Part shown: in pieces, positions 38,601 through 50,508 of the stretch
Layout of the letters: each line of letters starts with the position of its first letter
How positions within the stretch are numbered: position 1 is the first letter of the stretch
Assembly (NCBI RefSeq): GCF_032191835.1
Contig: NC_083239.1
Span: forward strand, 24,800,001 to 24,864,000
From: Heteronotia binoei
Taxonomy: Eukaryota
Direction: 5' to 3'
DNA: 64,000 nucleotides
The notes under the pieces: generated by a model
Seen by the model: only the letters and a program-made list of their open reading frames with translations
The model's database searches: none
What the model was told of the DNA's origin: nothing
Program-made: the position numbers and the translations under genes

Positions 38601-38773
38601 TCAACTCTGCTGGTCCTTGACTAGCAACACTGTGTGTTGACCACCACCCTTCACTGAGAGGACAGTGCGGTTCTCCAGCTGTTGGCCCGACATCTGGACA
38701 GGGCTCCAGGCGTCCTCTTCGTCTCCTGATGCCAGCTGGAGATTTGAACCCATACCCCAAGCAAAAGCTTGCC
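38601..38773 (-). CDS. RCC1: RCC1 last coding exon
   Basis: [56 protein letters not shown]; acceptor TTTCTTTGCAG. Confidence 0.95.
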
Positions 38774-39960
38774 CTGCAAAGAAAGAGGTGGGTGTGGATC
38801 AGTGTTAACAAAAAAAGCTCCATGATACGTCCCAATGGCTGGCTGCAAAATTTTAAGTGTTTTTAGTGCTCTGTCCATGGTACATGTGCTGTTGTGGTCT
38901 CCCTATTTGTTCAGGAGGGCCTTTTTGTAAAAGAAACAGAGTATAGGCTAACGGATCTGTGAAAGCTTAGATGATTTTATTCATTGCCCTCCCTAGATGT
39001 GCCCTGAGTGGGGCTACATCTGCTCTTCTAAAGCCCCATCAGCACTGGGCACAAACCCCAGCATGGAACAACACACTGGACTGGGGGTACAGCCAGAACT
39101 GGGTAAGGTTATATGAGCTGGCACAGCCCTTACCCATTTCCCTGGCAGAATTTCCAGTTCATGACAAAAGGCTACCATGAGCTTTAGGCCACCACAGTGC
39201 TTGATTTCAGCCATTTACATAATTGTGAGGTTGACAAATGTAAGAACTTTTACTCCCTCTCCCTCAAGACTAGAGCTCAAGGGTATCCAATTAAGTTGGT
39301 GGGCTATAGTTGGTAAATGATAGGAGACAAAACCCTGACAGAAAATTCCACCCCTTAGAGTTTGTCATGGATATGCCTACCCACACATCCTGTCTCTGAC
39401 AGCAAAGATGACACAGCAGACTCTTAATAAGCAAATTCATTTCCCAGAAAGCTTCAGGAGAGCTCCTTATGGAGGATAAGTCAATATACGGCAATTTAGC
39501 CATGACAACTGACTGGAACTTCCATTTTCAGGGACAGTAGCACGCTTAAGAATGGTACGGGGGAGACAATGGGAGGATTTGGCCTCTGTGATCTGCTTCT
39601 GGGCCTTTTGAGGATATTTGGTGAGCCACTGGGTAAGACAGGACACTGGACTGATCCTGCACAGCTGCTCTAACATTCACACTATGCATATCTGGAGATT
39701 TAAAAGCTGCTTTTTACAGAACTTATATCTCACTTACTTCCAGAACAGACATTCAATGTATGTTACAAGGCTCTGCTAGAATACAGGACATCTCAGTGTC
39801 CTGAATATCAGACTTAACCATTTCTGGCATTTCTACCTTCCAAATATTTATCTGGCCTTTTCTCAAATAAACATGGGGACAAGAAACTTAGGTCTTTTTA
39901 AAAAAAAAATGCAGCTATATTCCTGGTGGCAATCTGATTATCTTGAAGCAGTTCACAGAA

Positions 39961-40505
39961 CCTAGAATCATAGAGTTGGAAGGGACCTCCAGGGCCATCT
40001 TGTCCAGTCCCCTGCACAATGCAGGAAACCCACAAATACCTACCCCAAATTCACAGGATCTTCATTGCTGTCAGATGGCCATCTAGCCTCTGTTTAAAAA
40101 CCTCCAAAGGAGAGCCCACCACCTCCCGAGGAAGCCTGTTCCACTGAGGAATCGCTCTAACAGTCAGGAAGTGCTTCCTAATGTTGGGCCGGAAACTCTT
40201 CTGATTTCATTTCAACCCACTGGTTCTGGTCCTATGTCCGGGGCCACAGAAAACAATTCCATACCATTCTCTATATGACAGCCCTTCAAGTACTTGAAGA
40301 TGGTGATCATATCACCTCTCAGCTGCCTCCTCTCCAGGCTAAACATCCCCAGCTCCTTCAACCTTTCCTCATAGGACTTGGTCTCCAGACCCCTCACCAT
40401 CTTCGTCGCCCTCCTCTGGACCTGTTCCAGCTTGTCTATATCCTTCTTAAAATGTGGTGCCCATAACTGAACACAATACTCCAGCTGAGGTCTTACCAGA
40501 GCAAA
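39961..40505 (-). mobile_element. CR1 LINE 3' fragment
   Basis: [40 protein letters not shown]-terminus and ATTCTATGATTCT 3' end; another CR1 at 45790-46245 (+). Confidence 0.9.
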
Positions 40506-40556
40506 GTAAACCTGCAGAAAAGGTGCCCTGAGGCCCAGGCCTCTTTTTGGACTCAC

Positions 40557-40709
40557 CATCTTCAGTAACTGCAAAGCCAACCCGTTCTCCGCAGGCGACG
40601 GAGGATGCCTTTGCCAGTCCAGAGATGGCAGTGGGAGTGCTCTTATCTTCAACACCTTCTCCCAGGCCCAACATGCCGTAGTTTGCTCTGCCAAGGCTAT
40701 GCACTGTGC
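40557..40709 (-). CDS. RCC1: RCC1 coding exon 8
   Basis: [50 protein letters not shown], 153 nt. Confidence 0.95.
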
Positions 40710-41695
40710 CTGTTCGAAATGAAGAGGCAGAATAAGAAAGAGGGACAGGAATATGTTTTGCTCAGAAGAGAAGGAAATGGGAACACGAAGTATGAATTCG
40801 AAAACATGTTTGAATGAAAGACATCTTACATTTAGAAAGCAAGCATGCTATCTCCACACCGCCCCCCAAATCAAGCAAGTGTCCTAAATGCATGACCTGA
40901 TAAGGTCAGGAAAGATCCCACACATGATCATTCCACAGAATATGTCAAATCAGTGGTGGTCAAACTGTGGCTTGGGAGCCATATGTGGCTCTTTCACACA
41001 TATTGTGTGGCTCTCAAAGCCCCCACTGCCCCTAGCTTGGAGAATGCATTTCAAGTTAAAGTTGCTTTCTTTTCACCTCTCCCTCCCTGCTTCCTCTTTC
41101 TATCTATTTGCTTTCTTTCCACCTTTCAATCCTTCCTTCCTTCCTTGTCTTGCGGCTCTCAGACATCTGACATTCATGTCTTGAGGCTCTCAAACATCTG
41201 ACATTAATTCTATGTAGCTCTTACATTAAGCAAGTTTGGCCATCCCTGTGTCAAATGATTCCAGAGGGCTTTTGAAAAAATGGTAAGTGTTATATTTTTT
41301 AATGCCTGCGACAAATTTTAGACAGCCCCCTCCATAACTCTCCATATCTTGGATGGGCGGGGGGCGGGGGCAGGGGAGAGGAAGAGAGAGAGAGAAGAAT
41401 CATAGAAGAACATAAAATTGCAAATCAACTAAACAAGTCTGGGTAAACAGAAAGTTCAGACAAACAGGTAGTCTCTTGATACCAGATGCTTAGAATAATC
41501 ATGTCACTTAGTAAAGTCATATGACTCTTCTTAGCTTCACATGATTCTGGAAGCTTAGTGGAATCGTCATCAAGCAGATGTCTGAGGGCATATCTCCATA
41601 TCTGGGTTGCCAAATAAAAGGCTAGCAAACAGTCAATCCTCTGCTATCAGAGACACCACCAGTTATTTCTCCCTACTCCACTCTGGGCTGCTCAC

Positions 41696-41815
41696 CTTCT
41701 GAATCCAGGCACACGGTATGGTGTTGCCCAGCAGAGAATTCCACCCAGGATCTGGTGGAGTTCTTGAACGCTGTCAGAATCTTTGGAGAATAGTAAGTGT
41801 CAATACTTTGCGAAC
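41696..41815 (-). CDS. RCC1: RCC1 coding exon 7
   Basis: SQSIDTYYSPKILTAFKNSTRSWVEFSAGQHHTVCLDSE, 120 nt. Confidence 0.95.
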
Positions 41816-42245
41816 CTGGAGGAGTAAGCCAAGGAAACCCCAGTTAGAGCCAGTGACAAATCAGAGTGGTCAGGTTGATCTACCCACAGTTCAGAGCAGT
41901 TCAACTCTAGTGAAGCCACAACTGACACCCCTCCACCCTATGCATACAGGAGCAACCCATCTAGGAGGCCACCACCTAGCCTAGTACACAAACCATGAAA
42001 GTTATGGCAAACAAGATCAGACAGACACAGCTGTCTTTCCACCCTCTTGAGCATGATTCAGCTTGCAGGAATTGCATCCTCGTTCTTCTCCAATAGAGAC
42101 AAGGAAGAAATAATACTTCCTCATTCTTCCCCACCCCTCCGGATGACTCAGAAGTTGTAAGAACCTCGGCAACATGTTCTTCTTGCAACACCTGATGGCC
42201 TACACTCCCCCCCCCCCCATCCTTGGCACACAGACAGTGACTTAC

Positions 42246-42401
42246 CCAGCTGGTAGTAATTGGAGAGGCCAAACCCAATGACATGGCCCTCCTGGGTGAG
42301 GGCTATGGTGGAATAGGAGCCACAGAAGACATCACAGATGTGCCCTTTGTTCTTACTGCCTCTCTGCTTGAGGGGGACGGGTTGGGGGAGCAGCAGCCGT
42401 T
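42246..42401 (-). CDS. RCC1: RCC1 coding exon 6
   Basis: [51 protein letters not shown], 156 nt. Confidence 0.95.
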
Positions 42402-43738
42402 CTGGAGGTGAGAGAGAGGGCTTAGGGGAATCAGCACAGAACACATGATACTGCTTATACTGAATCAGAACACTGGCCATCAAAGTTAGTATTGTCTACT
42501 CAGACTGACAACAGGGTCTCCAGGTCTTTCATATCATCTGCTACTTGTTCCTTTTAACTGGAGATGCCTGGGATTGAACCTGGGACCTTCTGCATGCCAA
42601 GAATTTTATTGATTTTAGTGTATATTTTGTTTTTAAATATTTTATGTTGCTTTTATTTGTTGGTAGCCACCCTGAGCCCATCAGGGGAGGGTGGGATATA
42701 AATCTGATTAAATAAATAAATAAGATAAACCAAGATGCTCTACCAGTGAGCCACAGCCCCTCCGCTGACATAACTGAGTGCCTGAAGCTACCTCATCCTC
42801 AGACAGATCCTTGGTCTCTCAAGACCAATACTGTCTATTCAGACTGGCAGCTGCTCTCCAGGGTTTCAAAGAGAGGTCTTTCCTATCACCTACTTCCCTG
42901 ATCCTTTTTCAATTGGAGATGCCAGGGACTGAACCTGGGACCTTCTGCAGGCAAAGCACGAGCTCTGCCACCAAGTTCTCTTATACTAATTTAGGTCCTG
43001 CCCTGACCTGGATGGCCCAGGCTAGTCTAATCTCAGCAGATCTTGAAAACTAAGCAGGGTCAACCCTGGTTAGGACTTGGATGGAAGACCACCAAGGAAA
43101 ACCAGGGTCACAATGACACAGGTGTAGCCAATGGCAAACCACCTTTGAATGTCTTCTGCCTTGAAAACCACCCAAGTTAAGTCTTTGGCCTATCCAGCTC
43201 AGCAAGCTCTGTGCTAACTGGCAGCAGCCCTCTGGGATCTCAGGAAGAGAAACTGAGACCTTCTGCATGCAAAACATATGCTCTGCCTTGGCCCCTCCCT
43301 CGATGAAGCTGCCTTATACACAGGGCTTTTTTTTTTTAGCAGGAACTCCTTTGCATATTAGGTCACCCACACCTGATGTAGCCAATCCTCCTGGAGCTTA
43401 CAATAGACCCTGTAAGAAGAGCCCTGTAAGCTCTTGGAGGATTGGCTATATCAAGGGCGTGTGGCCTAATATGCAAAGGAGTTCCTGGTCTATTTTCGCC
43501 AACATTGTCTATTCTGACTGGCAACAGCTCTCCAGAGCATCATGGAGAAGTCTCTCATTACTGAATCTCAGACCCTTTTCAGGGGAGATTGAACCTAGGA
43601 CTTTCTGCACGCAAAGGAGCTGCTCTGCTACTAAGCCATGGGCCCCTCCTCCTTGAAAGTCCCTGTATTTACATTAGCCAATTCACCACCCCAAGCTGTT
43701 CACATACAGTTTCCCCCAAAACAACAAAATCAACTCAC

Positions 43739-43861
43739 CCAATCCTCGTCTTCCTCCTCGGGCACTGAAGATTTGGGGCACTCGACCCAACTGGCCATTG
43801 TCTCCACAACCACAGGTATAAAGGTTCCCCTCTGTGGACACTAATGCCAAGTGATGGCTCC
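43739..43861 (-). CDS. RCC1: RCC1 coding exon 5
   Basis: SHHLALVSTEGNLYTCGCGDNGQLGRVPQIFSARGGRRGL, 123 nt. Confidence 0.95.
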
Positions 43862-44574
43862 CTGGGAAAGTGAAGGCAAAGTAAGTGAAGATCTAGAGAA
43901 GTCCTATCTGCAACTCAGAGAGCAGGCTGCAATACTGAAACCATACACCTACAATACTGCAATCCATGACATTCAGAGGCAAAGTGAATTGCAAGTAATT
44001 TTTGTGTAAATAATTTAGGGTTTGCAAGCATGGTGCTGGTTGGTTGGGACAGGAGGAAGGAGAAACTGAAGAGCTAAATATGAAAATTCTACCTCCATAG
44101 TGATGGCAATCATGGGAACGCAGGGCTCTCATGGAAGATGAGGGAAAGTCTTATTCAACAGGGGGAGGGGGGAAGGCTACTGTGAAAAATAATTCAAAGC
44201 AAGTACATTTTCAGGGCTCCTTCTGTCTTCTGGAAGTGTTCAGTGAAAATAAGTTATGCTTATGAGCATAACCAGTTTGTGACAAGCTGGCAAACCACAA
44301 GAGTAAGTTTCGAACCATTCTGAGTTCTTTCTGCTAAGATTTCGGGGGGTCTTGATAGAAGGAGGAGAGATTTTTCCCATCTCTCCATTCATGATTCTTG
44401 GTAATGCAGTACAATTGCAATGTTCAACAAATTGAATATATAAATAAAAGCAAACACAAATACACAATCCAAATATGAAGCCAAATCTGCCAGAACAAGG
44501 ACATTACACCAAGAGGAAAACCACAGCAACGGAAGCTGGTCGCAGAACAGAAGCTCCACATCACAGTTGCTCAC

Positions 44575-44698
44575 CTGAAGCAATTTTTACGATTGGCACT
44601 TCCAGCTGTAGCTCCACAGGGACAGAACTGCCGCTCGAGGATTCAAGCCCCTCTCCACCCTTTGTGGGAGCCAGTAAGCCGATGACACCGTTCTCATC
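44575..44698 (-). CDS. RCC1: RCC1 coding exon 4
   Basis: [41 protein letters not shown], 124 nt, frame preserved. Confidence 0.93.
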
Positions 44699-44786
44699 CT
44701 GAATAGACATGCCAGCAGAGAAAGGCTGTTAGCAAGCATGAAGAAAAAAGCCCAAGAAAAAGCACCACCGAGAAAAACAAACATAC

Positions 44787-44966
44787 CCGGAAAGCTCCCC
44801 AGATGAACACACGTCCATCCTCCGTCAACGCTGCAGTGTGGCTGTCACCAGCAGAAACCTGAACCACTTTCTCCTTCAGCTCCACAAGCCCCGGCACAGA
44901 GTCAGACCCTTCCTCTGAAGTGTCGCGCCCCAAGGCTCCTTCGTCGTTGCATCCAAAAGTGTAGAT
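44787..44966 (-). CDS. RCC1: RCC1 coding exon 3
   Basis: [20 protein letters not shown]...[24 protein letters not shown], 180 nt. Confidence 0.97.
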
Positions 44967-45503
44967 CTGGGAACAGAAAAGCCACCTGATGGCCAAGAAA
45001 TCCAGACGGAACCCCAGCACTGAGACAGGCCATCCTCTGTCTACCTTATGTATCCTTCCCTGTCTCTATGGAATTCAGAGAAGGACACTAGATTCTCTCT
45101 TCACAACAGCCCTGTGAGGTGAGTCAGGCAGAGAGAATGCTACTGGCCCAAGGCCCTCCAGAGTGTTGCTTGGGGATATGAACGCAGGCTGGCTGGGGTG
45201 CTAGCCCTATCCAGCAAGAAAGCACCTATGAAAGCTTTTAGAGGGGCAGATCCATAAACTGCTCATACAGCAAAAGGGACAGCTGAAAGCCTGCAACTGG
45301 AGCAGGTGCAGCTGTGCTTGCTTTTGGCAGGAAAACAGCCATACATCAGGGAGCTAGCTACCTGCAATGACTGCCAGCCCAGGCTCATGTGATCTTCAGG
45401 CACCCAGAAGACTCAGACAGTGTGAACTGGTTCTATATCAGGAAGCAGCACAGACAAAGGCACGGCTAGGCTACTACATAAACTCTGCCCTACCAACGAC
45501 TAT

Positions 45504-45701
45504 CAGGGGTTTTTTGGTAGCAGGAACTCCTTTGCATATTAGGCCACACCTCCCTGATGTAGCCAATCCTCCAAGAGCTTACAAGGTTCTTAGTACAGGG
45601 TCTACTGTAAGCTCCAGGAGGATGGCTACATCAGGGGGGTGCGGCCTAATATGCAAAGGATTGGCTACATTAGGGGAGTGCGGCAACAACAAAAAGCCCT
45701 G
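45504..45701. mobile_element. Foldback hAT MITE
   Basis: Palindromic; TSD ACGACTAT / ACAGCTAT. Confidence 0.75.
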
Positions 45702-46816
45702 ACAGCTATTAACCATCAGAGACAGCAGGGTGCAGCAGTTAAGAGCAAGGGATTAGCAGACCACACTCCACCACAGAAGCTTGCCAGGTGACCATGGGCC
45801 ACTCGTGGAGCAGGTGCAGAGGACAGCGACAAGGATGATCAGCGGCCTGGAGACCAAGCCCTCTGAGGAAAGGCTGAGAAACTTGGGAATGTTCAGTCTG
45901 GAGAAGAGGAGGTTGAGGGGGGACATGATTGCTCTCTATAAGTATCTGAAGGGCTCACTTAGAGAAGGGGAGGGAGCTGTTCCTGTTGGCAACAGAGGAG
46001 ATGACTTGTAATAATGGGTTTAAAATAAGGGTGGGAAGGTACTGGCTGGCTATTAGGAAATACTTGTTTACAGTAAGAGTTGTTCAACAGTGGAATCAGT
46101 TGCCTAGGTAGGTGGTGTTCCCCCTCAATGGCAGTCTTTAAGCAGCAACTGAACAAAGACTTATTAGGGATGATCTAGGCTGATCCTGCATTGAGAAGGA
46201 ATTAGACTAGATGGCCTGTAGGGCCCTTTCTAATTCTGTGATTCTATTATTCATTCTCTCTTTCAGCCTAACCTGCCTCACAGGGTCGATGTTGTGCAGA
46301 TACAACACAGGCAGAAAGAAGAGCTTCACTCCACACTGTGGGTAAAACATCTAATTTCATTTTTTTTTTCATTCTCTTTTTCCTTGTTGTGAACTCTGGC
46401 TTACTTCTCCTTCTTCCTCTGCTTTCCTGACCAATTAAGACTGGAAGCCCACAAACCCAGCTACTTTAAACAGAATGTTATGATTTATAACCTAATGGTA
46501 AGTAACAAATGGCTGAATCTTTCCACTACTGTGGCCAACCTTTCCAAACTTGGGACTCACTTTTAACCCCAGGCATGGGGACCATCCAGTTGCAAGCCAC
46601 ACAGCCACATGACAGGAAGGAGGAGGAGCCAAAGGTACTGAATCCTAAAAAGTAATCCTGGCCACCACTGACTGACCTCAGCTTTGTAGAGCCCATGACA
46701 GGCTACCAGCTTGAACCCAGACGGCACAGCTGTATCTTAGGCCACCCTCATCTGCTGCACCACACAAAGCACCCTCAGAGGGCACCTCTCCAGTATCCAT
46801 GAAACAGAGTGTTAAC

Positions 46817-46997
46817 CAGGGCTTTTTTTGTAGCAGGAATTCCTTTGCATATTAGGCCACTCCCCCCTAATGTAGCCAGTCCTCCTGGAGCTTACAGTAG
46901 GCTCTATACTAAGAGCCCTGTAAGCTCTTGGAGGATTGGCTACATCAGGGGGTGTGGCCTAATATGCAAAGGAGTTCCTGTTACAAAAAAAGCCCTG
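46817..46997. mobile_element. Foldback hAT MITE
   Basis: Near-perfect 181-bp palindrome; TSD GTGTTAAC / ATGTTAAC. Confidence 0.88.
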
Positions 46998-48066
46998 ATG
47001 TTAACCATATTGCAGACATGAGGCAGCCCAACACAGGGGCCCTGAATACTGTGACAGACAAAAAAGCACATCTGCCTGGGTCTAGGGGCAATCTATACCA
47101 AACACCTCTGTCCCCCCCACCCCCACAGTATAATCTTCTCAGATCTTCTGAACTCATCAAGTATGTAAAATAGCTTACTCAGAAGATCTAGCTCCAAAGT
47201 CTTGCCTTTGTTTCTAAAAGGGTGGGCGTCCTTACTGCTCTTACTCAAGGACTTCCTGCTTTACATAATCTTGTCAGTGTTACAAAGACATCTTACTATC
47301 TAAACCACAGCTCTGCATGCCGCCCTTTTGTATGTCATCTTTCCCAATTCTTATTCTAGGAACCAAGACAATATTATTGAATATTTATCACTAATGGGAC
47401 CACCACCCTGCAAAAAGCCCTTTATCATTCCAACCTATTTTTCTACATATTGCTTGTACTTACATTTACTATGTGTGTTAGCTTAACTACTACATTTCTC
47501 TTAATAAAGCCCTTATATTAAAATTGTCACCTGGTTTCTGTTAGAAGTTTTTTTCCCTTTGAAACTGACCCTGTTATACATAGGTAGAGATTCCCGCCTG
47601 TTATTCCTGTTTGCTATATTGGGTCTCATGATAATTCCCCTATCTAAATTTGAGACGAGGCAGTTTAGGTAACACCTTGCCCACCTGCAATTCCTGTTTG
47701 CATGCAAAGAAAGGCAAAAGGTATGCTGCCCCTGCTCTCTACACCTGTACACTAGCAGCACATCCTTCAAAAAAGCAGGCAGCTCCAAAAAAGCTCATGG
47801 CTCCAGGGTCAGTCTCTTTGACCTGCTCGATAGTCCCCAGCCATGAGCTGAAGAACACAGATCTACATTTTGATCCCAAAGGAGCTCAGAGTGGTGTACA
47901 TGATTCTCCCCCCATCAGTGCTCACAACCACCCTGCAAGGTAGGCAAGGCAGAGCAAGTCTGAGATTGCCTAATGAGCTTCATGGGTAGGGTGGCTTTGA
48001 ATCCTCATCCCTAGACAGACACACTACTCATGCTATACTGGACATGGAGGGGTGTTGCAGACTCAC

Positions 48067-48254
48067 TTTGCCTGTCTCACTGAGGCACACTGTGTGAACC
48101 CCTCCTGCTTCGGCTTGGATGATCTTCTCAGGGAGCTTCACCAAGGCAGGTCTCTTCCTCGCCAGGATGTCAGGCCCGAGGCCCAGCTGCCCGAGATCAC
48201 CCTGCCCCAAGGTCAATACCAGACCCGCTTCCGTTTGATGCGACCGATGGCTGA
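48067..48254 (-). CDS. RCC1: RCC1 coding exon 2
   Basis: (V)[38 protein letters not shown]...[16 protein letters not shown], 188 nt. Confidence 0.96.
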
Positions 48255-50450
48255 CTGAACAAGGGTGGAAGGAAAAATCGCCAACAGAAGTTAGAGAGAC
48301 ACAAGAACAACCTTCACACATGTTAATACAGGTGTGATCTGCCCCATAAAGGAGCACAAGAACTCAAAGCTTCACTGAAAAACAAGTTAAACATGATTCA
48401 GATGAACACACAAACAATGTACTAGAATATAAAGCAAAACCAGGACAAAGATGCAGCTAAAACAATGAAACAAGAGCCCAATTTTTCTGAACTGCCTTCC
48501 AGTCAGCTGTTCATCAGCTGCTTCTCAAAGACATGGGCCGATTCTGCATTAGCCTTTGTCCTGGTCTTGTTCTCAGTTCTCAAGTTTGTGTGGGGCAGGG
48601 AGGAAGCAGGGAACACATGGCCTTGCTCCAGAGATGCCAATGCAGGATCCTGAAAAAAGAGCCACGCTGAGCAGCCCCGCACAGTAGGGAGGGAAGTGCT
48701 AAATGTGGAGACTGGATCCTTGTTCCCCATCAAGGTCCAAGAGGGCTGACCAACAACAGACCAAACTGGGGGGTTTGCACAACTGCATTCCCAACAGACT
48801 CCCCCAAATGCCTTCTGAAAGACTGGAAGGAGAAACAGTTTAGCCTTCTGGACACTGGTGGTGGAAAGTCACGGCTGACTTATGGGAACCGCAAAGACTT
48901 TTCAAGGCAAGAGATGAAGAGAGGTGGTTGGCCATTGCCTGCCTCTGCATTGTGACCCTGGACTTCCTCAGGGGTCTCCATCCAAATACAAGCCAGAGCC
49001 AGCCCTGCTTAGCTTCCGAGATCTGATGAGATCAGGCTAACCTGGACCCTCCAGATCAGGGCCTCTGGACATGAAGCACATGTTTTTAGGCAGTAAAGGT
49101 GAAAAAGGTAGTCCCTGTGCAAGCACCAGTCGTTTCCGACTCTGGAGTGACGTTGCTTTCACAACGTTTTCACGGCAGACTTTTTATGGGGTGGTTTGCC
49201 ATTGCCTTCCCCAGTCATCTACACTTCCCCTCCCAGCAAACTGGGTACTCATTTTGCCAACCTCGGAAGGATGGAAGGCTGAGTCAACCTTGAGTCGGCT
49301 ACCTGAACCCAGCTTCCGCCAGGATCAAACTCAGGTCGTGCGCAGAGCTTGGATTGCAGTACTGCAGCTGACCACTCTGTGCCACAGGGCTCCTTTTTAG
49401 GCAGTACCCCTAGGCAATACTGAATCAATGCAACCAATTCCTTCAGCCAATCCTAGAGTTATACCCTTCCAAGTCAACAGTCTTAGAACAGTGTAACAGT
49501 CAAGGGAATATCAGAAAGTATAGCATTCAACTTTTTAAAAAACTTACTACAGAAATCATATATGTAGTAGTAGTAATAAAATGTAACGCATAAATCCATT
49601 AGCCATTACAATTACAGCAGCTTACAAGTTAAAAGCAAAGACTCTAAAATGAAAACGTTCAAATTTAGATTATTTACAGTCTTAATTACATACAGCGTCC
49701 CCATATATGAAGAAATAAATATGGAGAATTATCTGTAGAACAGGGATATAACATTGTTATTCTTTGTACTCATATTCTGTACTACCCGGTTTGTGTTCAT
49801 AATAAAAAGGCTGTTAAAAATAGAAAGGAAGAATATAATTCTGCTTCGGATGGCACTACTTGGCACCAACGTTTTAGACAAATGGATGAGATGGTTCCCA
49901 GTAAGCGTAGACTGTGTCTTGTCAGTGTGACATTGTTAGCTGAAAGAAAATGAGGTGAATTCTCATGTTACTAATATTCTCTCAGCTAGAATGTTACTGA
50001 CTTGAGAGTTCTTTTGTTGTTGTTGTGTGTGTGGTTGTGTGTGTGCCCGTGCACATTTGGAAGTCATGGCGACCTCCAGTGATTCACCCCTACTGGAAGC
50101 CTGGAGGATATTCCAGGGATGTGGCTGAATACAGTCTGCCTCCACCTCCCGACTGCTGGCCAACCACCTCTGCCTTGAAAGCATTCGTCAGTTCTGGCCT
50201 GACAGCACTTACATACATATCACTCAGGATTAACTAGGGGCCAGCCATTATTATAGGGTCAAGGAAGGAAGCAGGTAGGCCTGAATCTTACTCCATTCAT
50301 GCCCCTGTTTTCTTACGTTTTCATTTTGGGAAACCACTTTGTGTTCAAAAGCATTTCTACAACTGCAGGAAAACAAACAACTGCTGAAGTCTTCCTGCAT
50401 GCTGGAAGTAAGTTGTGAATGGCAATGCAAAGGAACAGATGACCTCTTAC

Positions 50451-50508
50451 CTTTTGTCCGTTTTGCTTTGAGTACGTCGTCTTTTTCCAGCACACGTTTC
50501 CTGGGCAT
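50451..50508 (-). CDS. RCC1: RCC1 first coding exon (NLS tail MPRKRVLEKDDVLKAKRTK)
   Basis: Acceptor CTCTCAG at 50521, ATG at 50508, phase-1 donor G|GTAAGA matching exon 2 phase; basic bipartite NLS. Confidence 0.85.

Noticed and set aside
48503-48660. Possible RCC1 beta/gamma-type alternative exon after acceptor CTCTTTTTTCAG
   Set aside because: The in-phase reading hits TGA, no convincing donor, and only a trivial GARPC/GARSC similarity.
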